Of a stretch of 64,000 nt of DNA, positions 1 through 12,496 are shown piece by piece. The DNA is taken from positions 99,884,001 through 99,948,000 of the forward strand of contig NC_058368.1 in the NCBI RefSeq assembly GCF_018350175.1, given 5' to 3'. Both the position numbers and the translations under genes were made by a program. The DNA comes from Felis catus (lineage: Eukaryota). Under the pieces are notes generated by a model. It ran no database searches. It was not told where the DNA came from and saw only the letters and a program-made list of their open reading frames with translations. Position 1 is the stretch's first letter. The number at the start of each line of letters is the position of its first letter.

Positions 1-135
1 ACCTGCATACTTGTTAGAGATGTAAATTCTCGGGCCCCATCCCTGACCTGGGGAAATTCTGGAAGTGAACACAGCAGTGTGTTTTAATGAAGTCTGCAGG
101 TGTTTCTGTTGCATGCTAAATTGGGAGAACCCTGG
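1..135. mobile_element. MER5A-like hAT-Charlie DNA transposon fossil (partial, window edge)
   Basis: Diverged match to remembered MER5A motifs (ttgttaga.atg.aaattctcgggcccca; tgtgttttaa..aag; ..gagaacc.ctg end). Confidence 0.6.
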
Positions 136-1612
136 CTTCCAGCAACTTTGTGGTCCTCACTGTCTTTTCTTACAGACTTCCAAAGGAATGATATTGTTCT
201 GTCTTCAAAGAGATAGAGAATTCTTGGGTTATTTTAGGAACTGGTTCCAATATTACAAAAATCAAAATATAAAAAGGCAAGCTCACTCTTCTTTTTCTGA
301 AAACAATGGAATGGAACTGTTCTACCGGGGAAATTTTTTCAAACACTTGGATAGGCCTTTTTTTTTTTAATATCTTTTACCACATAACTTATGCTAAGTG
401 TATTTTTGTCCTTTCTTTTAGAAACTGTTGATTTAGTGAAGAGAACAAGAAATATCACATAGTACAAAGTGTAAAAGTCACCAAAGAAAAAAGCCAAAAA
501 CTAAAGGTTGAAGAAAAAGTTAATACTGAATTTCATTTCAAATAGATAAAAATTTACAAAGCCATGAAATTCATCTAATGAGAGGGAGCTTGCATAAAAT
601 AGCAATAATTTATATGTAAAATGGAAGAACTGATTTTCCCCATTTGACTTCCATTCAGAGACACATTTGTAAATTATAAGTAGAGATGAGGGGAAAAAAG
701 ACAAAGGAATTTAGAATCACAGTCTTAAAATACTGCCAAGGCACTGCATAAACCATTTTTAACAGTAATTGAGTATGTGTATAGGGAATTGCACTGTATT
801 AACCACTTTGGGAATTATAATTTAGTTGAATACAGCTCTTGTTTTCACAGAAGACACAATCTACTGGATAAAGTATCTACTTTGTGATGAAAGTGCATGT
901 TGAAAAGCACTAGGGAGAAAAGAGAAATTTCATTTTAACGTGTAGAGTTATAAGACTGCGCTCTAAGAAAGAATTCTATAGCCAGTTTTTTAGATGGGCA
1001 ACAAAAATTAGAGCTCCAGTAAGACAAAATGATGTTGGTACAGGTTTAGTACAGTCCCTCAGACATAGTAAGTAATCTGTAAACATTTGTTATTCAACTT
1101 TACAGTAAATTCTATTATCTTTACTTTCATAGTAGAAATATTGCCTCCTTAAATATCTGTATTAATGTACCAACTAGAAGGAGTTAATGAACAAGAAAGA
1201 GGGAAGACACAATTGTCAACTATAGCAAAGAGTTTATTTACATTATATGAGAATTTAAGAGACTCAATGAGAGACGAGAGACTATGAGACATATAATAAT
1301 GAAACTATTAACATAAATCAATGTATCATGAGAACTTGTTGAACTCCAACAGTGTGTAAGATACTCTAGAACATGTTATCATGCACTGTCAGGATACAAA
1401 AACCTGAAAAGCTTAGATTTCTTGTCTGCTGAATGAGAAGATAAGACATATCTGAGAAGTATATGGAAATGAATACAAGGTGATTAAGTGCCCATATTAT
1501 GAGGGACAGTGAAGGTTACAGGGCAATATCAATTAAACAAGAGTTTTATATTGGCAGGTGGTATTGAAGTTTTTAGGTTGGACTGTAATTCCTTGTTCTG
1601 CTGTGTTTTGGG

Positions 1613-1637
1613 TTTTTTTTTTTAATTTTATTTATTT

Positions 1638-1675
<38 letters not shown>

Positions 1676-1691
1676 TTGGGGCAGAGGGGGA

Positions 1692-1750
<59 letters not shown>

Positions 1751-1874
1751 CCCAAGCAGGCTCCACGCTGTCAGCACAGAGCCTGATGCGGGGCTCAAAT
1801 TCACAGACGCTGAGATCATGACCTAAGCTGAAACCAAGTTGGCCTCTTAAATGACTGAGCCACCCAGGCACTCC
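1613..1874 (-). mobile_element. Can-SINE (felid type) with expanded (GA)n tracts
   Basis: Poly-T, (GA)n, reverse-complement tRNA-derived head ending gagccacccaggcactcc; diverged TSD tgttctgctgtgtttt (1594-1609) / tgttgtgctgcgtttt (1875-1890). Confidence 0.95.
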
Positions 1875-2200
1875 TGTTGTGCTGCGTTTTTAGGATAAAA
1901 TCATTACCTCCCTTGGTAAAGAAGTAAGTATTCTTTACTCAGTATCAATGGTTCGTCAGAAAAACAAAATCCAAATCTACAAAACTAATTGTAATTGCCA
2001 CCAAGTTTGCCAATGGAACTGTATTTTTTTTTTTTTACTAGCTCACATTCACACGTTCTAAATGGTTTACAGAGTGACTTTGCACACATTCTATTATTAG
2101 TTGGTGCAGCAAATATGAGTAGAAACAGGTGCTCAGGAAGCTTAAAAGACTTGAGTAAAGGCTAACAGCTAGACATTGGATGGAGCCAGGACTCAGAGTC

Positions 2201-2258
2201 AAATACTCAAAATGGTATTGAATACTTTGAAATACTCAAAATGGTATTGAACACTTTG
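2201..2258. repeat. 29-bp tandem duplication (2 copies, 1 mismatch)
   Basis: aaatactcaaaatggtattgaatactttg followed by aaatactcaaaatggtattgaacactttg. Confidence 0.9.
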
Positions 2259-2559
2259 AAAGGCCAGAGATGAAGATGTTTCCTGGTCTAAATTTAATTC
2301 AATATCAAGGAAAAAAACCTTCCAACACAGGAGTAACTATCATTTGTTGAGCACAAACCGTGTGATCAGTGTTTTATATCTCTAACTGAGCGATCTCCTT
2401 GGCCCAGCCAGAGAATCTTAGAACCCATATATTAGTATATGGGATTTTGCTCATATAATCAATAGTCTCCACCTGTCAATAGTTCTAACTAATAGAAAGA
2501 AGAGGGAGTAATGTTCTGTGTCCTCCAAGGCTATTTCAGCTAAGAAAAAACAATACTGT

Positions 2560-2865
2560 TTCTCCTTCTCTCTCTGTTTCTCTCTGGCATCCCAACTCCT
2601 GTGCTCTAAGGAAATCAGGCCATATGTGGAAGCCATATATAATTGTTCGAGAAGGCAGTCCTAGTTGGCAACCCAGCCAACATCTAGCCTCATGACCAGA
2701 CCTGTGAACAAGTCTTTGCCAGGCACTGACTGCAACATGATAGACCATGAGTGACAGTAGGCTAATTGAACTCAGTCAGCCCTGAGGGCCAAGGGAGACA
2801 AAAAGAGTGTTGCTTTAAATTATTAAGCTTTAAGGTAATTTGTTCTACAGCAAAATGACAACCAG
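2560..2865 (+). mobile_element. Ancient MaLR (MLT1-type) LTR fragment
   Basis: 3' end tgttgctttaaattattaagctttaaggtaatttgttctacagcaaaatgacaaccaga resembles the MLT1 terminus. Confidence 0.55.
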
Positions 2866-3023
2866 AGCCTCGGGTTTTTTTTGGTTTTTTTTTTCTTTTT
2901 GGTTTTTTTTAACCTGGATTATTTCTTTAGAGAAGGCAATTAGTTCAATTTGTAGGCTCTCTGCAGAATCCCAGCCAGGTGATAAATATGTAGCACTTGG
3001 TCAGGTCTGAGACCTCATTGTGC

Positions 3024-3106
3024 AGAGACAGCTACATAAATTGTGGAACCCAGTGCCAAATGAAAATGTAGGGCCCCTTTTTCAGAAAGCAGGAAAAAAG
3101 TGTGGA

Positions 3107-3154
<48 letters not shown>

Positions 3155-3365
3155 GCTTTTTCCTTTCTTTTATGGTGTCTCCACCTGTTTGTGTTTTGTT
3201 GTCTCATGCCATTCCCAGGGAAGCAAAATTTACATTTTAAATTATGAGCGCTTTTTGTGCTATTCATCTTTATATTATGCAATGCAAGCTTCAAATGCAA
3301 ATATCAAAACATTCAACTTACATGTGGAATTGCCAAAATTACACAATTCATATTACGTGACTCCT
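3024..3365 (+). mobile_element. MER45-family (hAT-Tip100) fragment containing a (TA)n tract; may extend to ~4070
   Basis: ctacataaattgtggaacccagtgccaaatgaaaatgtagggcccctt resembles the MER45 5' end; shares aaattacacaattcatatt with the element at 21285-22330. Confidence 0.6.
3110..3151. repeat. (TA)n microsatellite
   Basis: Seen directly. Confidence 0.95.
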
Positions 3366-6300
3366 GTCCAAAGGGGACCACAAGCCCACCAAGGGAGAGA
3401 AGAAAGGAGAAAGAGAAAGGAGAAGGAGGAGAAAGAGAGAACCTATGTCTAGGGACGGAGCGAGCCTAGGGATTGTTCTGGGGCATAAGGATTGTGAGGA
3501 GAGTGCAGACCCTCACAGGTGGCACAAGTGTGGGGCCATCTAGGGATGCAAGGTGTACACATGCTCACTGAGCCTGCTGTCGATACAGGAGCAATCCCTC
3601 AGAGAGGGTGGGGTCTGGAGAAGTCAAGTTCCCTGTCTCACTGGTCTGTGAACAACCCCTATGGATCTTTAAACCTTTGTACTGGGAGGCATTCAAACCT
3701 GGATGAAAGGTGGCCACCAAGCCAGATGCAGCATCAAGCAGATAGACCACAAGGTAGGTGTTGCCACTCTGGGGTGGGAGACTGTTAATGTCATAACATT
3801 CTAGGTTCTAGGATACCATGGAGTCCGCACGCCCACCCTGTCCCTTTCCTGCACCCATGTCCAAATCCCTGTTGGGGACAGAGGCTGGCAAAGGCTATGA
3901 GGTGAGGAGTGTGGAGAAGGAGGCTGGAGGGGCCCAGGATGCCAGGGAGTCAGGGAGCTGGGAAGCAGGGACAACCATCTGGGGAGGTTGCAGGGAAGCA
4001 GGATGGGTGGGAGGCTCCAGGGGCCCATGCTTGATCCATTGTCCCTTGAGACTTGCAAATCATAATAGCAACATGCAGTGCATGCCATTAGAAAGAGAAA
4101 GACTCAATAAGTAGTTACAAATGTAATTGAAATTCTAACAGAAGTCCAAGGTGCAATGGGAGCCAGTGAGGGTAGGAGGGGTCATCTTTGAAGTATGTAG
4201 AAAGACTTCTCTTCTTTCAAATGACACTGGAAGGATGAGCAGGATTGTGTGTCTTTGTTTCCTCATTTGTGGGAAAGACTGGAACAGGGTTGAGCAGGGA
4301 CACAGAAAAAGGACAAAAAAGGGCAGGGCATTCCCAACGGAAAGAAGAGCATGGACCACAGTGCTGTGTCTGGAACAGATACTAATTTTGTAGGTAATGC
4401 GAACCCAATGCTGACATACTAAGGGGACAAGAGAGCAGGTGCTGACAGACATGGGACATTAAAATGCAAACCAACAGCAAACCCTGCTGTCTCAGAAGCA
4501 GAGAGGAGCATACAGGGGACAAAACAAGTATTTTTTTTTTCCCCAAATTCAGAGCCTGAGATAGGATTCACATGCAACCAGTTCATTTTGGAAGCTACTG
4601 CAGAAAGCGCCACGAAGGAATAGGGATGTAGGACAGAGAAAGGAAGATAACTAATGAAGGCAGTGTTGCTCTGTGGATAACTGTTACTCCCACTGTGGGG
4701 CCCCCAGCCGGGAGAGATAGTACAGAAACTTCCCTCAGACTTGTCTCCTGTGGGATAAGGAAGCTAGGGCATTTTGACCAATTCCTCTCCATCACTGATG
4801 AGAGATTGCCCAAGGGAATCTAACTCCCTGGGGCTGCTGGTTTGGCCATGTGTGGCAACAGCATACTGCCAGGACCAGAGAATGCTCCAGGCAGAGACCA
4901 CGGCTGTTACTGGCATTCTTGACAATGGTGAACTTCAGGGCAGGCTGAGAGGTGTGGGCAGGGTACAGTGTTGGTCACAGCGTCTGACTGAGTGGCTCAC
5001 TGAGCTGAGGTAAGGAAATGGAAACGATAACAGAAGAAAATTCTAGAAAAGACCATGACCTAAGTAGGGAGATAAAATGGTAGCTAGTACTTCCTAGTTC
5101 TCCAATTAACTTAATCCATTCACAGAGTTTTGGCGCTCAGTGTTTCAACTGCCATCTTACATGACAAAACTGGGTTTTCCAAGAGCTAACTCACTTGTCC
5201 AAAGTTTAACAGTCACTAAGAGGATGAGCTTCATAGCATTGATTCCAATCTTTTTTCTACTATTACATACCTCTTTACTAACATGGCTTTCACCTTGAAA
5301 AGGAAAAAAAAAAGAATAAATGGGATTGGCATAATCATCTTCATGCACCAGGACATAAGCAGCTTCTAGAAAGTGGATTTACAAGCGAAGTCAAAACAGC
5401 AGCCAGTATGAGAAGACCTCCACCTTATTGAAATGTATATAAATATTTTCCCCCAAGAACTCGCCCTTTCTTCATCTTCATATCTTCTACAGTTTTGGAG
5501 AAGAACAGAAAATTTTGCACAGAATATTGCTAACGTGCTCTATATGTGTATTAAGGTATATAATATGTATAAGTAAAAAAAAAACTAGATTTCCTCTGGT
5601 TTAGTAAAAAAGAGTAAGACTCAATTATTGAGGGTAGTCATGCATCAGTAATCATCCAAGGAATAAGTTAGCATATACCAGAGGAACAAAATTCTACTAA
5701 GCTCAAATACATCACAGGCTTCTAAGAAACAACTTAAAGAGCTAAAAAGAAAAAAGTCAATATTAACACAATAAATTTAATCATTTATAGGAGGACAGTG
5801 TTCTTGGAACTGTACCTTAATAGCAGTCTAAAATTATATCCCCTACTATAAGAACATGGCTTTAGCCACTGGAGTGATTCAGCTGGCACAGTGATTTATT
5901 CAGGGTATAAAAAGATTTGAAATATTAAAACCTTAAATTTGAAAGGTTATCTTCTCTGCCTGGACAATAGCTGCATATAAGGGTAAAAATATGATGTAAC
6001 AAATAATAGGACACTTACAAATGAACGATGCCTTCGAAGGTGAACAAAAATTTTAAAATAAGGTGAATAGAATTTTTCATTAAAAATATTTGACATACTG
6101 AATATATATTTGAGGCCAAATGCAGGAATAAGTCACTGTCATCACTGCCATGAGCAATTTTAAAAATCAAAATGCTACAGGGAAGTTATTTTAATGATAG
6201 TTAAATCTTCTAGAGACCCAGGTGAGCTTTTGACATAAATCTCAACTGTCCCTAAAAATCTTCCCAAAATGATACACGATGCCCCAATCTTTCCATTCAA

Positions 6301-7517
6301 ACAGCTTCAAAAGATCAGAGTCTCACACAGCTCATACGTTTTTTAATTCAACTTTTGTCAAATTGATTTATGATCTCAAATTGGACTTATGTCAATTTGA
6401 TTTATGTTCCTGCTCTCGGTCGATGCCATGCGTACTTACCATGACGGAGTTGTCACAGAGGGAAGGGGACCCACAGGGAGAGAGATGATACACCTCCCAA
6501 GGGGCCATTAACTGGAAAGAACAGAGCAAGCCTTGCCCTTTGCTCTCAATGGTCCATGAGCTTCAAGAAGCATGTGTCTTGCACTTCCAGGCACAGATTA
6601 GAAGCCGGGACTCCACTGAGATAAGCAAACAGATATAATCCAGTGCTTTCTGGGAAAGTAACATCTCCCATAAAGTTCTTTTGTACTTTTAAAGATTAGC
6701 TGAGTTAGGAAACCATTTAAAACTCGTTACCTATGACCATTAGGTGATAATACATTTCTGTTCAACTTGTCTTGCTACAGAAGGAAAGCCCATGTGGTTG
6801 TCTCAATTTTTCCCACCTTAATATAGACATTTTGCCTGTCCCAGGGAGAAACGGGTTTCAAGGTTTGGTGAAGAAAAAAAGATGTGTGAGATAATATTGC
6901 ACCATCACCATTCACACAAAATAAAGTTCCCAGCCAACACACTTAAGGACTTAATGGTAAATTATCTGCCCTTTTAGGAGCAAGATTGTGATTTCGCTAT
7001 TAACACCTATTGGCCAAGATATATGGTCCTATTTTCTCCACATGTGGTCTGCCATTAGCACATGTATTCTTCAAAACTTCTGATGTCACTGCTAGGTATA
7101 ATTTAACTCTCTTCTTTTTATTGTTAGTATGGTAATGACCATATTTGACTTCTATAAATCTAAACCAAAAAGTGAAGTTTAGAGTAGGTGTCTATCAAGC
7201 ATGTCAATATTTTCTTAGATCACCACCAAACAGTGCAGTAATAAAATTCCCAAAATGACCTTTAGCTTAACTTTGATTTGCAGAAAACATTCTCTCTTTA
7301 ACAATTGGGGCATAATTTCCACAAATTGCCACTGTAACTACTTCCCAGGAAATCACCAAAAGTTAGTTTGAAAAATATGTTTTGAAAACATTTGAGAAGA
7401 ATATTGTTTCTACTGAATATCTGCAGAGAACAGAATACACCGTGATTTCAAGGCCACGTCAAGGCCAGAAAATGTACTTGTCTAAGTAAATCCTCAGGTA
7501 CAAAACAAGACCATTAA

Positions 7518-7736
7518 GAGGCACCCAGGTGGCTCAGTCGGTTAAATGTCCAACTTCAGCTCAGGTCATAATCTCACAGTTCATGGGGCTCGGTTCATGG
7601 GTTTGAGTCCCACGTCGGACTCTGTGCTGATAGCTCAGAGCCTGGAGCCTGCTTCAGATTCTGGGTCTACTTCTCTCTCTGCTCCTCTCCCACTCACGCT
7701 CTGTCTCTCTCAAAAACAAATAAACATGAAAAATAA
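7518..7736 (+). mobile_element. Can-SINE
   Basis: tRNA-like head ggcacccaggtggctcagtcggttaa, (CT)n, A-rich tail; TSD aagaccattaa (7507-7517 / 7737-7747). Confidence 0.95.
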
Positions 7737-9519
7737 AAGACCATTAAAATTTTACATTTTCTATAAACTTTAAGTTGTGACCACCAACAACTCTCTGGCC
7801 ACTTTCTTCCCTCCCTGTAGCAGCACTCAAATAATAGGGTATTCAGAGAGTTATGGAAGTTTACTCTTCATAGATCTTCAGTCAAGAAAACACCCATGTC
7901 TTTCACCAGTTTATGAGCAGTACTCTAATTGAAGAGAATGTTCCAAACCAGTCACGGAGATCTAATCTATCCCTAATATTTTATATAGATTAGATGTCCA
8001 TTCTATTGATCTTAGAAGATTTCAGGCAGCCTTGAACTCTACGTGTTAGTAAGCCTCTGATGCTATGTAATTAATCTGAGGAACTTTGTATTTCTTCAAA
8101 TTAGCAAATACCACAGCACCTCAAAGCAATACTGAATTCTAGTAAGGACTGATGAAACTTTCTTAAACTGAAGGTAAGAAAAACTAGGCAAGGCCCCCAC
8201 AGAAAAGCCAGGGGACTTCTTCTCCACATCTAACATCCTGAGCACACGACTCAAATTTGTGTCTTCATAGGATGACAAATTATGACAGGTTATAGACAAT
8301 GTTGTTGGCGCAACAAGTGCCAAAGTTCTCTTGTGATACCTCTCCTGTATCCATGGCTTCGAGCACTGTGCTATTCTCTGTCCCATCAGTGAGATAATAG
8401 AGAAGGCCACAAATAGCCTTGGAGGAAAGCAATGATTAAATACAGAATATTGTGACTGTTCCATTTTATTTCATGTTATATCAAGAAATTAATCAGCTAT
8501 TTAGCTGTTTCTTTCAAGACTGCTTCCTCTGACCTTTTCATAGCTCATGCAGGGCACTGAGAGAGAAGAATAAGAATTCATCGCAGATTCTTCCACACTC
8601 TTGCAGTATATCAGGTGTCACAGCGAAAGCTGATTAGCCTGGTTAGGAAAATGTTTTTTCAAAGGAGTGGAAGTGCTCACACTCTGCATGGTGCTTTTCT
8701 TTCTCATTAAGCCTGACATTTCAGTGCTTTGTTACAAATCAAAAACCCACGACTGCACTAGACCGTCAGTATGAAATTTTGCCTGCTGCACAGAACACAG
8801 TACATGGAAAGAAACGAGAGGGAAGCAAGAGAAAGAGTTCCTGATACATACTTTGTAGCTATGGTCACTTGATGACCCTCACCAAGCGGCAGCAGTAGCT
8901 GAGCCAGTTTACAGACAGCCATGGACAGCTATTAGAATACTGACTACCAGAGCAGCCTACACAATTGACAAATCAGAGGGGACTTCGACTGGAAATCCAA
9001 GCACATTTGCTTTGTCTACTCTTCATCCCAAATTAGCCTGCCTTTTCCATAGGCAAAGGTTTTGTCGGAATTCCTTGATTTATATTTTGAACTCGATCTC
9101 AGTTAAGCATCTGCCTCACTTTTACAAGTGGGAATCTAACCAGAGAGTACTAGCAGCAACAGAGAAACAGAGCAACAGGCTATCAGGGGTGGGATGACTG
9201 TTGTATCCAGCTCAACTATCATTATGATCTAAGGCTTGGGTTTTCTCTGTAAGTTGAGAGGTTGCAAGTATATACATAAGTCACTATGACCTCTTCATAC
9301 TATATATACTCTTTGTTTTACTGATAGAAGTTTAAAATTCATGTGCATTTTTTTTTGTAAAAAGAACAGTTGTTGCCCTATTTAGGAACTGCACCAGAAA
9401 TGGAAATTCTACTCTGAAAAAAAGACTGAGATCACTTGTGGAAATTAGCATAATCAATTTGTCACCATCAGTATATTTACATACATAATAAATTTCCCTT
9501 AAGTATCCTGATATACATT

Positions 9520-9553
<34 letters not shown>

Positions 9554-10046
9554 ATACTATAACTGTTGATTTCTATAATCAAAACACAATTTTCTCATGT
9601 ACAATACACATTTATCTGTAGCTTAAGCCCCTGGTAGAACATACTAGGAAATATATTTCTACTTTATTTACTTATTTACCTTTAGAAATAATGGGCACGG
9701 ATTGAGTGAAGCAAGTTATGAGGGAGAGCCAGAAAAATCCTGTTCTGAATATAAACAGCATATCCAACTATATGCAATAAATTGCTACACAATATTAATT
9801 TTAGATAGATATACAAAGATGGCGTGATAGATACAATTTCTAATCATTTTACAATTAATGGATGATTTAATCCAATTTTTTATAATTTCTATTTCTATAT
9901 ATTTCCCCTTTCACCTCGATGTAAGTAGACCTGGAATTTAGGAACCAAATATACGCTAACAAATATAACACATTCCTATACCTTTTTAAACATAATTTGT
10001 TTCTAAAAAATACCAATAACATGTAACATTAAAAAATGCAAATGCT

Positions 10047-10264
10047 GGGGCGCCTGGGTGGCACAGTCTGTTGAGCGTCCGACTTCAGCCAGGTCACGAT
10101 CTCGTGGTCAGTGAGTTCGAGCCCCGCGTCGGGCTCTGGGCTGATGGCTCAGAGCCTGGAGCCTGTTTCCGATTCTGTGTCTCCCTCTCTCTCTGCCCCT
10201 CCCCCGTTCATGCTCTGTTTCTTTCTGTCCCAAAAATAAATAAACGTTGAAAAAAAAATTAAAA
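10047..10264 (+). mobile_element. Young felid Can-SINE (SINEC_Fc-like)
   Basis: CpG-rich head with B-box gagttcgagccc; perfect 16-bp TSD aaaaaatgcaaatgct (10031-10046 / 10265-10280). Confidence 0.97.
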
Positions 10265-10409
10265 AAAAAATGCAAATGCTATGTAGAATATTTGCATTAT
10301 CTAATTCATGTTGTCTTTAGTAAGAAAGCATTTGAAATTATATCTACTAAAATAAAAGAGTAACAGATTAATAAGCTAATATTATTAGTTAAGGAATTAA
10401 TAAACACGG

Positions 10410-10945
10410 TGTCTTGGTTATCTATTGCCACATAACAAAATTAGTGGATGAAAACCACAAGCCTCCCAATTTCTGTGGATGAGGACCTGCAGTTGCAGCT
10501 ATGCTTGGTGCCTCTGGTCAGGGTCTTCTGTCAAATTACAGCCAAGTTGTTGCCTAGGGCCATGTTCTTACCACAAGACTGGACCGGGAGGGTGTCCTTC
10601 CAAGGTTGTTCCCGTGGCTGTTGGCAGAACTCAGAACACATGCCATCTGTGTGCATTTGTCCCTCCCCACAGGTCTGCCTCACCACTCACCACATAGCAA
10701 TGTGCCTCTGCACAGAGTAAATGACCCAAGAGAGAACAAGAGAGAACATCCAAGATGGAAGCCATAGCATATTCTCACCTGATCTTGGAAATAACATCCC
10801 ATATTGTTTATCACAATTGTTTATTGTTTTATTCATTAGAAAGTCAGTAAGTCCAGCTCACACTCAACGGAAGGGGACTATACAAGAGTGTGGATACGAC
10901 AAGGTAGGGATCATCCAGGTAAAAGCAGAGGCTGCCTTTCACATA
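10410..10945 (-). mobile_element. MaLR (MLT1-type) solo LTR
   Basis: Starts tgtcttggttatctattgccacataacaaa; internal caagatggaagcca and agtcagtaagtccagctcacactcaa.gg motifs typical of MLT1. Confidence 0.7.
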
Positions 10946-11230
10946 TTGTGTTGAAACTCTCTTGGAAAATATCCCTTTAGGTCTCAGTTCTGTTTAATCA
11001 GCAGCTATTACTCATTTGTAATAATTTATTCAAATATTCTATATCAATATGATATCTGGCTAATTTGGTTCTTTGAACCTCCTGGACTGAAGGCTCCAAT
11101 AAGCACATTTAAATATAATTTAGTCCTCCAAAAAGAATGTTATGTCTTCTGATATGGCCCATTTTAGACCCTGTAGGAAACCAATTTAAACTTTTTACAC
11201 TATTTATAATTGCCTTCAAATGTAATTTCT

Positions 11231-11356
11231 TTTTTTTAAATTTATATTTTAGTTAATTAATATACAGTGCAATGTTGGTCTTAGAAGTAGAATTCAGTGA
11301 TTCATCAATTACATACAACACCCAGTGCTAATCACAACTGCCCTTCTTAATACCCA
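11231..11356 (-). mobile_element. Heavily 5'-truncated carnivore L1 (3' UTR end only)
   Basis: Poly-T plus reverse-complement L1 3' end (catacaacacccagtgct); perfect 15-bp TSD tcaaatgtaatttct (11216-11230 / 11357-11371). Confidence 0.85.
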
Positions 11357-12419
11357 TCAAATGTAATTTCTAATTATCAAATAATTGTTAAATGCCATTA
11401 GATTGTTTGGAAATGAGATTATGAAATGCTCTGGTAAAGTATTAGTAAACTCCAGTTTGAATCATAAATCAAATCTGATGAAGAATAACTTCTGCTTCAG
11501 TTTGGCAAGAATATTTTTCTGGTTCAGCAGAAGGGGATTAAATTATGGACAGAAGCAGACAAAAAATATAAAAGACTTGGAAAGCTTGATTCATTCCAGA
11601 TCTACCATTGCCTCAGTTTTTTTTTTTTTAATAAAAAAGGGAAAAACAAGAGCATCAATCAAAAATAGGTATAGCATTCATACCTGCCTTCATATAGCTA
11701 TCATTCAATTCATTATTTGTCAAGGTAAAAAATGTTATTCAAATCTTGCTCCAAATTACTTATATTATTTTTATATAAGCATTATCAAGGATTAAATTTC
11801 AATTCCAATAATGAGTCACCATTTCTGTCCCTTCACCGTTTACTCAAGGATATTTTTTTATACATTCTGTATGAGGCTGTTACATTTTTGGCTCTCTTTC
11901 TTGAGACAGAAGTAAGGATATCAGATTATCAAAATCAGATTGGATCCTTATTGCTTATTACCTTTTTTTAACTAAGAAAGGGTCAGGCCAATCCTGTGAC
12001 CCATTCATATTCTAGAGGATGTCATGGTGAAGAACTAAATCCTTTCAGAGCATCCGTCTCCCTGACCTGGCTCTTGCCCATGGTTGGCCCTAAATCGAAA
12101 CATTTGGATGTGACAAAAGACAGATGCTAATGATCATGCATATCTGCAAAAATCACACCTCATAGTACAATAGTCTTCTCAAGGCTTTCAGAATACCCTC
12201 CGTCAATGTGATTCATCACTTTCAAGAATGCCATTTTAAAATATTTCTGGCAATCACATAAGGCACGTGCCGAGAATGACATGAATTAGATCATTTTAAA
12301 TACATAGAGGTAACTTTATTTCCCTAACTGCCTCCATTATGTAAGTAGAAGATATTACTCCCAATTTAGAGGTTATTCATTAATGACAATGCAAGTTCAC
12401 ATAAGAAATGCCCACAGAA

Positions 12420-12420
<1 letters not shown>

Positions 12421-12464
<44 letters not shown>

Positions 12465-12496
12465 TACACACACAAATACACACACACATACACACA
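12421..12496. repeat. Interrupted (CA)n microsatellite
   Basis: Seen directly. Confidence 0.95.

Noticed and set aside
1558..1871. ORFs with ERERER / LSLSLS repeats (and similar ones at other SINEs and microsatellites)
   Set aside because: These are translations of Can-SINE (CT)n/(GA)n or (CA)n tracts, not genes.
6433..6445. tacttacc resembling the U1 snRNA 5' end
   Set aside because: The downstream sequence does not follow U1; better read as a minus-strand splice donor.
8096..8464. 122-aa minus-strand ORF (and similar 100-136 aa ORFs at 11385, 19773 and 20076)
   Set aside because: No recognisable domain or exon structure; lengths are compatible with random ORFs.
10047..10130. tRNA-like A-box/B-box sequence
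   Set aside because: It is the tRNA-derived head of a Can-SINE, not a tRNA gene; the same applies to all SINE copies.
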